From assembly GCF_001447785.1 (NCBI RefSeq), contig NW_015167545.1:631555-695554 (forward strand): a DNA stretch of 64,000 nt, in the 5' to 3' direction. Every line of letters begins with the position of its first letter. The first letter of the stretch is position 1. The translations under genes were made by a program, and so were the position numbers. Source of the DNA: Gekko japonicus (Eukaryota). Below the pieces are notes generated by a model that saw only the letters and a program-made list of their open reading frames with translations, was not told where the DNA came from and ran no database searches. Positions 11,957 to 25,400 of the stretch are shown in pieces.

Positions 11957-13389
11957 GTGAGTGCTTGCTTTCTTGGTCAAGAAATCCAGCTTGTTCAGTA
12001 AAAACAAAGATAAATGCACAGCTCCATAGATAACAGTTGTTAATTTCTAAGCCAAGAGTAGTAAAAATGACTCTGAATGGGGATGAGTTGGAGCCATAAC
12101 CAAACTCTGGTCCAGGAGCAAGTATTGTGATAATGAAATATGGCAGCACCTCTAAGTACGTGCAGAGTGCTTTCCTCTTGCCACGAAGAAATCACAACCG
12201 GCCCCTACGTCCTATTGAATCAAGGTCAAAAGTCTGTGTCTATGTCAGTTGGCCAGACTAACCATTGCTTGGAAGCACTGCATGCAAATTCTGCGTATGT
12301 ATGATCTGACTGGCCACCAATAGAAACACATTCTGCACCTCCGTAGATGTATTGCGCATACTGAGCTATTCCTGGGCAGAACCATTGTGTTACAGCTAAA
12401 ATGCAGTGGCTGAACTAAAATTAAACTGATTGCTATAGGAAACAGTTATATTAGCAAACGTCTCAGAATTCAATTAAATGCTTCGTTGTTGTTGTTTTTT
12501 GTAATTTGCCAATAGCAAAACAGTCACTTTGTATTTCTTTTCACTACAAAATCAGCACATGTGAGCAAAGAATGGGATGGGGTGGTGTGAGCCAGTGTGG
12601 TAGAGGTTAGTGTGTCAGATTTGAATCTGAAAGACCCAGGTTCAAATCCCCATAAAGCTTGCTGGGTGATCTTGGGCCAACTACTCTCTCTTTCAGCCTA
12701 ATCTACCTCACAGGGTTGTTGTGAGGATAAAAGGGACAAGGGACCCTGAGTTCCAGGGGGAATACTGAGACAGAAATGTATAGATGGGCATCCATGCAGA
12801 AGGAAGGCCTCTGCCTCAAGAAGCATGTAAAATACATTTCAACAAAACAGTGAAGAGAGAAGAATCAAAAGAGGGTTTTTTCTATTCATCTGTTTTACAC
12901 AATTTATACCCTCCCTTTCTGCCCTCATCAGGGGACCAGCAAGGCAAGCAAATGCTCTGCAACTGAGCCGCTGCCCCTCCCTATGGTCTCTCTTGGCTCA
13001 AGGTAACTTCCAGTGTTCACAAGTTCACAGCTTCAATTGCTTTTAGAGAACAGGTGAATTCAGGTGAATTCTTCAAATCCATCATCTTATAAAGATGGAA
13101 AGCTGGCAACAGATGCTAGGGACTGTTGCATGATTCTTTGGTAATGCTTTCAAGAGATTCATGATTCCATGAGGGTGGAAAATGACCTACCCTGCAGATT
13201 TGTTGTGGGCAGACATGGAACTAGAGAGAGCCTTGAGATGCCCCAGCTTACTTTCTTACTTACTTCCATCCTACAGTACACAATGCATACCGAAGAAGAC
13301 TGTTTCCTGTTTTCTTTTTTTCCCCTCATAGCATTTTGTCATCTTGAAATAAACCTCAAGAAGGTTGGGATCGGTAAAATCAGACAAAG

Positions 13390-13472
13390 ATGACCAAAAC
13401 TGAGGAACTTCCCGATAGCCATTCTTCTGGAGAATTTTATGAGAAATATGAACCGAAGGAGATATTGGGAAG
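13390..13472 (+). CDS. PHKG1: PHKG1 coding exon 1
   Basis: [29 protein letters not shown]|GTAAAA. Upstream acceptor at 13331 implies a non-coding first exon. Confidence 0.93.
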
Positions 13473-16400
13473 GTAAAAATATGGATCCACTTGGCTAGAG
13501 ATTGTGTTACTCAATCTACAAACACTAGAATCAAACAATCATGGCGCTTAAAAGCTTCTGCCAGGATAAAACTTTTAAAAAAGCATCCTAATTCCAACAG
13601 TGAACAACCAAATGCAACCGAGAAGTTCACAAACAGAGTATGAAGGCAACAACTCTCCTCTGTTGGGAGTCTCCTGTGACTGGTGTTCTGAGGTACCTTG
13701 CCTCAGAACATGGAGGTTCCATTCAATTGCTGTAGGTAGGATTGTCAGCTCCGGGTTGAGAAACACCTGGAGATTTTGGGGGTGGAGCCTGAGGAGGGCG
13801 GGGTTTGGGGAGGGATGGGTCTTCAATCAGTTATGTCATAGAGTCCACCTTCCAAAGCAGTTGTTTTCTTCAGGTGAACTGATTTTTGTCACCTGGAGAT
13901 CAATTGTAATCTCAGAAGACCTCCAACCACCACCTGGTCCTGGAGGTAGGCTACCCTCATTGTAGTTAGTCATCACTGGCATGGATTAGACTACTCCTGC
14001 TTCACGAATGTCCCTTTCAAAGTTATCTAAGCCCCTGGCCATCACCATGTTTTGTGATAGTAAGTTTCTTAAGTTTATTGTGTGAAGAAGTACCTTTTTA
14101 TGTGGTTTGTCCTGTATCTACGGGCCAAGGCCTTCCCCTGATGTTGCCTCCTAGCACTGGGTTTCAGAGGTTTACTGCCTTTGGTCATGGGCTAATTAAT
14201 AGATTTATTTGATTGTAAAAGATGGTAATTAAACAGCATCCAAAGTTTATAGTCAGAAACCTAACTGGGGGTATTCTGCTGTAAGAACAGCAGTAAATTG
14301 ACATTTATGTGCTAAACTGTATTTAACCCCTATTTTCCTAATCCACCAATCTAACCACCTTTACAAGATACAGAGTAAAGCTTAGTTTGTGTGGTTTTAA
14401 AGCAAATATGCTTTCCCCCCAAATTCTCGATTACAGGAAATACTCCTTCTCTTGCTGATTTCATCGTTGAAAATGGCTGCAAAACTGCTATAAAGCAAAG
14501 TGCAGAAATACCATGAGGCAGTAGAATGGGATGGGGCTGGAGAGACTGGCGTTCCTTGCAAGGAGGGTTGCCCGCTGTGGGCTGGGAAATACCTGGCCCC
14601 ACCTGGAGGTTGGCAATCATGGAGGCAGCTGGTTTAATTTTTCAAAACAATGGGTTTTAATATGGCTACTGACAAAAGTGTGGGACTGGTACACCCTTTA
14701 GATATATAGGATAATGGGTTTGCCTCATGCTACTCTTGTTTGTCTCATTTTCCAGAGGGGTAAGCAGTGTGGTTCGCCGGTGCATCCATAAGGTTACCAG
14801 GCAAGAATTTGCTGTGAAAATTATCGACATCACCGCTGGGAATTTGTCCCCGGAAGAAATTCATGAATTGCGAGAAGCCACTCTGAAGGAAATAGACATC
14901 CTCCGGAAAGTGTCTGGACATCCCAATGTCAGTAAGTCGGATTTTTCCATTGACAAAACTGGGACCTGGAGCTCAGTTCTCAGGGCCAGAAAAGCCAACT
15001 CTGCCTTTGGAAATTCCTGGAGATTTGGGGGTGGGTGAGGGGTATCTTGGAAAGGGAGCTCATCGGCAATGTGATACCATAGAGACCACCCTCCAAAGCT
15101 GCCAGTCTGGAGATCAGTTGTAATTCTAGGAGAAATCCAGGCTCTGCCTTGAAGGCTGCTAACCCTACTATATAGCGATCATTCACAATGGCTGTAATAT
15201 CAGAGTCTGCATAGATTTTAAGCAATTTAAAACTTCCAGTGGCTATGAAATGTTCCATCTTGGTTAATGCAGTTAGTACCTGTTGATACATTCCAGTTCA
15301 TCGGTTTCATGTTGGAGTTCCGCAGTAGATTGAGAATGCTTTTGAATATTGCAGTTTTCTATGTCCAGTTTGTGTGTGCTTATTCTTTTTGTTCCAGCTT
15401 GCTGTTGTGTACTTCCTGGTACGCAGAAACATTGCTAGCAAGTGTTGGGGCCTGTTTATCATTCTTGTACACAGTCTTGTGATTTCTGGAAGTGTTTCTC
15501 ATCGCTGAGGGGTTGGCAGACTCAAGTCAGGGAAGCCAAAGTTTGCAAAGCTATGCTGGACAAATGCGATTAACATTGGCCTGTTCCAAGGCTTGACTCT
15601 AGGATGATGATTTCTTATTTATTTTGTGCTGTCAATCAGCGTGTATTCTTAGAGTCTCACGGGCCAGCGAAGTGGCAGATTTTGAGCATATTCTCAATTA
15701 CTCCATTGTTTACTAGAGGCACAGTCATTAGGAATTTCTGCTTCAGGGGACTCCAGGGCCAGTCCTGATTTCTGAGCTGTTCTAGGTTGATTCTGACATC
15801 TGGTATAAAAATAAAACCAGGTCTGTTGCTGTGGCTTCCCCAAGAATCACTGGAATGGTAATTTAGTTTAAGTAAAATCTTGTTTTGGAGGTGACTATGC
15901 AAGGTCTGTTTATGGTTAATAGTTAATGTTTGGTTAACAGATAATTTATGGACCAGGTATTCATTACTGAATATAAACACAGAGGAGGCCATTGATCTGG
16001 AACCACTAAAGAGAGAACAGACATACCTTTTGTCTTGCATCTACGGCTTCCAATGTTTATTCTGAGCTACAGATCCAAGGAGACCTTGCTTTATTTTACT
16101 GACCTGCTTTTCAGTATTGGTGTTCAAGTGATATACAGGTTTTAAAGAATACAGAATGTAACCCACTAAAACTAACATTTAAAAAAAATCCATCAGCAGA
16201 TCTACATGCAGCAGCCAAACGAAAGACCTCCCTGTCAAAAGTCTGGAGGAACAAGAATGTTTCTGTCAGTTTCCTCAAAGAGTCATGCAAAAGGCAGGGG
16301 GCATTCCAAGCCACTGGGGCAGCCCTGTTCCTTGTGCATGATAACCTGGATGCACAAAAGGCGACATTCAGAGCCTCATTAGAAAACCTTAATTCACTGT

Positions 16401-19400
16401 TAGTTAGGGCTGCTAACATCTAGGTGGATCTAGTAACAAATAAATGTACACTGCAAGAAACTTTTATAAATTAACGTTTTCTATTTGTAATTATCATTCC
16501 ATAAAGTGCATAGGTAAAGGTAAAGGTTCCCTTGCTTGAAAGCCAGTCAAATCCGACTCTAGGGTTGCGGTGCTCATCTCCGTTTCAAAGCCGAAGAGCC
16601 AGCGCTGTCCGAAGACATTTCCGTGGTCATGTGGCCGGCATGACTAAACACCAAGGCGCACGGAACGCTGTTACCTTCCCACTGAAGTGGTACCTATTTA
16701 TCTACTTGCAATTTCTTGCTTTCGAACTGCTAGGTTGGCAGGAGCTGGAACTATAGACGGGCGCTCACTCCATCATGCGACGCACTCGGGTCTCGAACTG
16801 CTGAACTACCAACCTTCCACAGCCTGCAGTTCAGTGTCTTAACCACTTGAGCCACCGCAGCTCCTTATAAAGTGCACAGTGTGCTATTATTACATCCTTA
16901 TCAGGTACATGTATTCAGTTCATTCAGTTTAACAACTACTGGTCAATTTCGCATCAATATTTTAAAAAGTCAAGCAAAATTGACTGGTAGCTGTTAAACT
17001 GAATGAATACATGTACCTGATAAGGATGTAATAATAGCACACTATGTACTCTATAGAATGATCATTACAAATATAACACGTTAATTTATAAAGGTTTCTT
17101 GCAGTGTATATTTATTTGTTACTAGACTTTCCTAACCCTGCAGTTCGGGTTGCTACAACATCTAGGTGGGGCCCGGAGATTGCAACCGATCCGGGAATTA
17201 CAACTGATATCCAGACGACAGAAATCAGTTCACCTGGATAAAATGGCTGCTTTGGAGGGTGGATTCCATGGCATTATACCCTGCTGAGGTCACTCCCCTC
17301 CCCAAACCCACCCTCCACAAGCTCCCCTCCCTAATCTCTAGGAATTTCCCAGCCCAGAGCTGGCAACCCTAAGGTTCATGAAGCGGCAGATATTATCTGC
17401 AGCAGTCTGAATGCAGGCAATGGGTAGGAGTTTTAAAAGTAACCTCAAAGAGAAGCCATAGCAATTAAACTCTAGTTTTACAGCATAGTGCATATCATGT
17501 TTGCAAGGGTGATAGTTGGTTGCAACACGAGCCCCCATTATTAAAACAGTGTGTTTTTATTTCCAGTTCAGCTGAAGGACAGCTTTGAATCTCACACCTT
17601 CTTCTTCTTGGTGTTTGACCTGTAAGTACCGAGTGCTTTGGGACGAACATGCGCCACTCAGTTACACATGCAGGCAAGCATTTATGGAGAGAGTATGCTT
17701 TTTGCACATATATGCAGGGTGACCGTGTGAACGTAGGAGATGGATCCACCAGCCAGAAATTTAAAGAATTACTAAAATGCAACTATGCGTACTTGGAATG
17801 CCAGCAAGACATTTTTAAAAAATGTATTCAAATGCAACTAGACATAATCGGAATGTCAGCAAGATATTTTCATGCCAGTTTAATGTGACAGGCTCAGATG
17901 ACTGTCAGGGTAGTGACTGGGGACCAACCCAGATGTGGCAGGATGTGGAGGAAGGGTCTTTACACAGAGTTGTGGTCAAGGGGTGCCCCTGCCACACTGG
18001 ACTTCACAGTTGTTACTTGAAGGGTTTTTCATCGACTCCTGTGCCAGAAGAGAGCCAGGAGGGGTGAAAAAATGCATCCAGGAATGGAGCACGGGAAGGA
18101 AGGTTGGGAAAAGGAACAAAGTTTAGCTCCCCTTGCTCAAGCTGTCTTTGTTAAAAAATAAACCCGTATTGCTGTCTTGAATGGACACACACAGAGGTCG
18201 ATTCGGGGGGGGGATTGCGGGGGATCGCAGTTCCCCCGGGTGAGGTGGGGGGCGGGGCACACGACAAAGCCCTGCCCCCTGCTTCCGGCCGCCCCGCTTC
18301 CGGCCCTCATTCAACCAGGAGGAGGCAGGAGAAGAGGGAGGGTAAGTTGCTTCCTCCCTGCCTCTCCCCACCCCTGCTTGCCTGGGGCCAGGGAGGGCCT
18401 TGGCGGGGCTTCCTTGCACTCCCGCCGGCCTTGCAGGTCCACCGCCCGGCCTTATGATGTCAGGGGGTGTGGCATATGCTAATGAGTTCCCCTAGCTCTT
18501 TTTCTACGAAACAACTCCTGGACACACATATAAATTGGTGTGCCCCTCTCATCTGCATAGGGTTTCCAACCTCCAGGTGGGGCCTGGAGATCTCCCACTT
18601 TCATAACTAATCTCCAGACAAGAGAGATCAGTTCCCCTGGAAGGTGTACCATGCTGAGGTCCTTCACTTCCCCAAACCCTGCCCTCTCCAGGCTTCAACC
18701 CAAAAATCTCCAGGCATTTCCCAACCCAGGGCTGGTAATCCATTCCTACACCTAGAGCAGCTTTAATTTTCCTCTCTTTCCAAGGTATTAATGTACATAA
18801 TGCAACCTAGTAGCCTGAAACTGTCATTCATCTAAACATCTGCTTGCAGCAGCCATGAAACCACTGAATTCTTTTGCACAGCACATTTATTTATTTATTT
18901 ATTTATTTATTTTGGGATTTCTATCCCCCCCTACCCGGTGGCTCAGGGCGGCTAACAACAAGATATAAATAATAAAACAGTAAAAACAATTTTACACACA
19001 ATAAAACTGGTGCTCCAATCTATATAATCTATACAGTTTACAAAAAGCTCTGCGACTTGTATGCAGCCAAGGTCTTAATAATAAAAGCGTCCCGATGTAA
19101 CAGACCAGTCAACCTCCATAGGTCTGGTAGATGGACAGGCTGCGGAGGTGGCGCAGCGATGGTAATGGCGTAACGATCGTAATGGCGGCGGCTCCTACCC
19201 AAAGGCCTGGTGGAAGAGCTCCGTCTTGCAGGCCCTGCGGAACTGCACTAGGTCCCGCAGGGCCCGGATCTCCTTCGGGAGCTCTTTCCACCAGGAAGGA
19301 GCCGCCACCGAAAACGCCCTGGATCTCGTATGCGCCAACCTCACAGCTCGGGGGGCTGGAACTACCAGACGATGAAACATCCCCAATCTCAGTGCTCTTG

Positions 19401-22400
19401 AGGGAACGTATGGGAAGAGACGGTCCCTTAGATAGGCAGGACCCAGGCCATTCAGGGCTTTAAAGGTAAGTACCAGCACTTTGAAGCGAATCCGGTATGC
19501 TATAGGCAGCCAGTGCAGCGCTTGCAGCACAGGCCGGATGTGGTCTCGCCTGGAAAGACCCATCAACAGCCTGGCTGCAGCATTCTGCACTAGCTGCAGC
19601 TTCCGGATTTGCGACAGAGGCAGCCCTAAGTAGAGAGCGTTACCGTAGTCCAGCCTCGAGGTGACCGTCGCATGGATCACAGTGGCCAGGTCATTACGGT
19701 CGAGATAAGGAGCCAACTGCCGCGCCAGCCGCAGATAATAAAAGGCTGACTTGGCAGTGGCCGCTACCTGGGCCTCCATCGTTAACGAGGAGTCCAGGAG
19801 TGCACCCAAACTCCTGACCTCCCGCATGGGCACCAAAGGTACCCCGCCAAAGGCCGGGAGAGGGTGCCCCAACTCATAACCGCTCCGACACAGGCCCAGG
19901 ACCTCCGTCTTTCTTTGCCGGGTTTAGTTTCAGCTGACTCAGTCTGAGCCAACCAGCCACGGCCTGCAACGCCCGCGCTAAGTCATCGGGAGTGGAGTCC
20001 GACTGGCCGCCCAGCATCAGATAGAGCTGGGTGTCATCGGCATATTGATGACACCCAAGCCCACACCTCCGGGCAATCTGGGCAAGGGGGCGCATGTAGA
20101 TGTTAAACAACATCGGAGACACACGGCTCCCTGAAGGTCACATTTGATCTAGCAGCTGAGGCTCCGTAAAGTTTCTTTTTAATTGGCTTCCAGAGTTGTC
20201 CTGCCAACCAAGTTTGCTTTCATCAGGTAGGGTCAGCTGCTTGGATGGCTTACATGGGTTGCGATTAAGGAAGGTTCTGGGATTGGTTAAAGTCAGTGTA
20301 AGAATATCAAATTTCAACATGCAAAAGAAGGTCAGTAACCTTAAAGTAGGGGGGATCCTCCAATTTAGAAGCAAGACAGATTCGTGAATGGAATTTCATG
20401 TCAGTCCAAGGACAGAAATTGAAAATAAAACAGACAGCCTTTTTATAGGCCTATGATTGTAGCTGCATTTGAAATACTATTGACAGTTCTGGTCACTGTA
20501 TCTCTATATCGTAGAGCTGGACAAAACTGCAAAAGAGGGCAACCAAGGTGATTGGAATCCTTTTGAGGAAAACCTAAAGACTTTGGGGCTTTTTATTCTA
20601 GAGAAAAGATGACTAAGGGTGAACATGATAGTGGTTTACTACATTTACTACATGGGGTACACAGAGTGGATAGAGTGAACTTTTCCTTCCTCTGCCAAAA
20701 TATTAATCAGAACAACCTTGTCAAGGAAAGCTGGGGCCATGTTGGGCTTTGTGAAGGGAAAGGAGTCCCTTCTAAGGAGCTTCAGCCTCTACGTGCTTCC
20801 TTTTTCTCCTGTTCCCAGCAGCCCTCCAGTAGTCAAGCAAAGGAGCCCTGCTGTAAGTTTTCCCTTCTACTTTCCCCCAGTCTCCTTCAAGCTCAGGTCT
20901 GGGCCAGTGAAATTGGAGGGAAAATTTAAAGCAAGGCCTCAGGCCTTTGTGTGGGAAAGAGGCTTCTCTACGGCCTGCAAAGGGGTAGCGGCAGCTCAAA
21001 AACTAACAACATGTATTGACTTAATAGGGTTGCCAACCTCCAAGTGAGGCCCGGAGTTCTCCTGGAATTACAATTGATCTCCACACTACAGAGATCAGTT
21101 CCCCTGGAGAAAGTGGCAGCTTCATAAGCTGGACTCTGTGGAATGATGTCCCTGCTGAGCTTCCTTCCCAGACACTACCCCCAAATCTCCAGGAATTTTC
21201 CAAACGGAAGTTGGCAGCCTTTCCTATGAGCTTCTTCAGCTATGCCTTGCCATCACATATCTATTTGAATAGTGAGCTCTGACTCATGGAAGTTCACAAT
21301 CGCATTGAAAAAAAATGACCCTTGCCACATGGGGAAAAAAGAACAGCCGAAGTGCGGCTTTTTAAAGCCGCACCAAAAGAGACACGCGGCGGCGGGATCA
21401 GATAGATCCCCTGAGCCGCCGCGCAGTTGCTCCCCAGCACGATCAGATGCCGGGGGGGGGGACTTGGGTTTTTTTTTGCAGCGGGTTTTAGGCTGGAAGG
21501 GACAGATCGGGGACGGGTGCACGCCGATTCCCAGATGTTGCGGTGTGCTCGCGCCCGTTTGCTGCACCCCCAATCCATCTCTCTTCCGGCCCAAAACCTC
21601 CTGTGTGACCGGGGCCAATGTTAGTCTTTCAGATGCCACTGGACGCTTGTTTGAGAGGGTAGCCATGTTGGTCTGCAGTAGAGCAAGATAGATGGGAGTC
21701 CAGTAACAACTTTGAGACCCAAAATAATTTGAGGGTTTATGTTCTGACGAGGCAAAGTTCCCTTCTTCAGATCCATCGGATCTGACAAAAGGAACTTTGA
21801 CTCTCCAAGGCTGTGATCATACGCACAATTAGACCTGACATAGGTGCAGATGCCAGGCGGATTTAAAGGGTGCGATCAGACAACATCTGGGAAGCGCCCC
21901 ACAGCTGTTGGCAACCCTTTCTGCTCTGCCGCAGAAGTGGAGTTAAAAGACACCAGGGAAAACCCGGTTGTAAATGGGTTGTGATGGGCCACGGATGGAC
22001 TTTCCCGTGCCTGATCACTCCAGCGCGCTCTCATGGCGTCGGAATGGGTCTGATCAGGCCATCCTGACTCCATGCCATTGTTTTCCCCCCCTTTGCAGTA
22101 TGCACATCATCGCAAACTCCACAGGGAGCCCTCGGTGCGGAGGTGCGATTCATTGATCCCCCGCTTAAGTGCATGGGGAAAAACAACACCAAAAAATCCC
22201 GCGACTCACCGGCAGTTGCGTCTGATCGCACACTGACGGACTGCGCCCGCAGCTTCAAAGGGAGGTGTGATCGTGCAACTGCGGGTCAAATTCCTCTGGA
22301 GCAGGGCTATTTTGGGGCAGGAACGCACAGGAACGGAGTTCCGGCTGGCTCCTGAGTTAGCCCCGCCCAGCAGGAACTCATTAGCATAATAGGCCACACC

Positions 22401-25400
22401 CAACAGCAGAAACGCATTAGGACTGGCTACATAAGGGGTGTGTGGCCTAATATGCAAAGGAGTTCCTGCCACAAAAAAAGGCCCTGGGTTTGGACAACAA
22501 ACAAGGTAAACAGAATAAGAAGCAAAGGGTGGGTGTGGCTGGATGACCACACTTCTGGTAACACGGGGGTGCGGCCTAATATGCCAATGAGCTGTGCTGT
22601 CAGGGGTGTGGCCTAATATGCTAATGAGTTTCTGCTGTTGGGTGTGGCCTATTATGCTAATGAGTTCCTGCTGGGCTTTTTCTACAAAAAGAGCCCTGCT
22701 CTGGAGGAAATAGCCTCACTTCCCCCCCGGTTTTTTCTGACGCATGTGACCGCAACTAAAAGCTTATACCTTGAAAATCTTTTTTGGTCTCTAAGGTCCT
22801 ACTTGACTCGCATCTAGCTGGACTTTTGTTTTATTTCTCTGAGGTCTGCAGGCTACTCCACAAACCAGCGTCGAGCCCAGGGGAGGGAAGGTGGGAGACA
22901 ACCCATGACACAGGGACCCAGTATTTTGGGGGGACCCATGCACTGTTTGTAGGTTGAGTCAGGGCTGCATGGAACCTGGACCCAACTTCTTAAGAACAAT
23001 AACACATAATTTGGCCCTGACTAGACTCTGTGAAAAGCAGGATGTTGGACTAGGTGGACTCAAGGCTTTTCCAGCGTTCTCATTTCCAGCCATACATTGT
23101 AACTCAATATGCTGTGCCACTCCTGAGAACTGACCATAAACACTCCCAGCCAATCCCAGAGCTAGAGAGGAGGGCTGGGTGCAGCTGTTCGGTGTCCCCG
23201 GCTTCTGCGTCCAGGCCCAGGGCTGGTTACTCAGATTTCCTGTAACCTTTGCTAAGGTCCCTGCTGTCACAAAGTTCTATTTTTAGGCATCTAGGTACTT
23301 GTGTGAGGCTTGGGGGCTTGCTGTTGAGGTGTGCAGGACTCTCAAAAGGGAAGGGATCAGATTTAAATCGGCCCATTTGAAGACCCAACCCCCTGAAATG
23401 AATAAAATCTCACAGGATTTAAAAATCCATGAAAGGCTTTCCAAGGTGTCTGTGAGGGCAGTAACACCCCCCCCCCCCAATTAAGGACATTAATAATACA
23501 ATCAACAGTTCCTATCACCCTCCTGAGGCTGTCTGGTGCATCTCTGTATATTTTCTTATTCTGGTCATGCCTCTTTCCAATCAGCCTGCACTGGTGGGCG
23601 GGTGGACAGTTCCACTGCCTAGTCCCATTGGGTGTGACTCACTAGATCATTAATCACTCTCAGTATGGAAACACAGCCGCGTAATGGTCCACAGCAGAGG
23701 CAGCCTATTGCTACTCTGTGTTAGTCACTGTCCCGGGCTTGCGCTTTCTACGGATCTGGAGGCATGCCCAGAACAATGGCTCGTACAGAAATGCCAAGCT
23801 CTTCTGTGGGTGAGTTGTCCTTACTCTAAACGAGGATCTTTGAAAGACTGGAGAATGCAACATGCCTTCAGTTTTGATGTTGGGACATGAAGCCCAAAAC
23901 AATGATGTCCCAAATATACGAATTCCACTAGTAGAAAAACCATCAAAGATTGCAAAAACAATATATTAAACAATTATAAAGTTGGTGGTGTCACAGCAAC
24001 AACACTTATGCATACTGTAACTGTAATAAGGCATTAAGGTACAATATTCCCTCCTTTGAAGATAAGACATAAAGTCCATGTACTCAGTGTAATTTGATAA
24101 CTTGATAGCTTTTGCAAAGATGCCCATTCTAGATATTTGGAAGATGCGTTTCCTTCGACTTCTTCATTTCGCCGACTGCGTAAGGGGAACCTGATTTCAG
24201 CAATTTCAACAGACCAAAAGGTTCATAGTGTAGGGAGCGAATCATAGGTTCTTCCAAATATCTAGAATGGGCGTCTTTGCAAAGGCTGTTTGGACTACGT
24301 TATGACTATGTGGACTCCTCCTATCAAGTTACACTGAGTACATGGACTTTTCAGTCTTATCTTCAAAGGAGGAAATATTGTATCTTATGTCTTATTACAG
24401 TTACAGTATGCATAAATGTTATTGTTGTGACCACCGACTTTATAATTGTTTAATATATTGTTTTGGTAATCTTTGATGGTGTTTTATACTAGTGAAATTT
24501 GTATATTTGGGACTTTTGTGACACTAGTCACAATGAGGAGTATATTTATTTATTTATTTTATTCAATTTATACCCCGCTCTCCCCGCTACGCGGGCTCAG
24601 GGCGGCTTACAAGAGGCATATGCCAATATAAAACATATTTAAAATCATTTAAAATCATCACAATACAAATAACATTATAACCACTTATTAACAAAGTGCT
24701 CTAGATGTTGTTTCACAAGATGGCGTGTTTCACTGCTCTATTGCCACTGCTCTGTTCCTCAGCATCATCTGCTCCAGGGAAACACTGGTGTTCCGTCTTC
24801 CAAGGCCAGGTAAGATGGAACAATAATGATGGTAGTGGTGGCTCCTACTCATACGCCTGGTGGAAAAGCTCTGTCTTACAGGCCCTGCGGAACTGTACAA
24901 GGTCCTGCAGGGCCCGGATCTCCATCGGGAGCTCATTCCACCAGGTAGGAGCCGCCACCGAGAAAGCCCTGGCCCTGGTAGCGGCCAGCCTGGCCTCTTT
25001 GGGACCTGGCATTGCCAGGAGATGTTGCGTCCCAGACCGAAGTGCTCGCGGGGGAACATATGAGGAAAGGCGGTCCCTTAGGTAAGCTGGACCCAGACCA
25101 TGTAGGTCTTTAAAGGTAAGAACCAGCACTTTGAAGCGAATCCGGTACGCTGTTGGCAGCCAGTGCAGCGCTTTCAGCACAGGTTGGATGTGGTCCCTAC
25201 TAGGAAGACCCATCAACAGCCTGGCCGCAGCATTCTGCACTAGCTGCAGCTTCCGGATTTGCGACAAAGGCAGCCCCATGTAGAGAGCGTTGCAGTAGTC
25301 TAGCCTCGAGGTGACCGTCGCATGGATCACCGTGGCCAAGTCACTGCGGTCGAGGAAGGGAACCAACTGCCGCACCAGCCGTAGATGGTAGAAGGCTGAC

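Noticed and set aside
19195-20122. Reverse-transcriptase ORFs as a host gene or novel RT system
   Set aside because: 5'-truncated, frameshifted L2 LINE with microsatellite tail and TSD.
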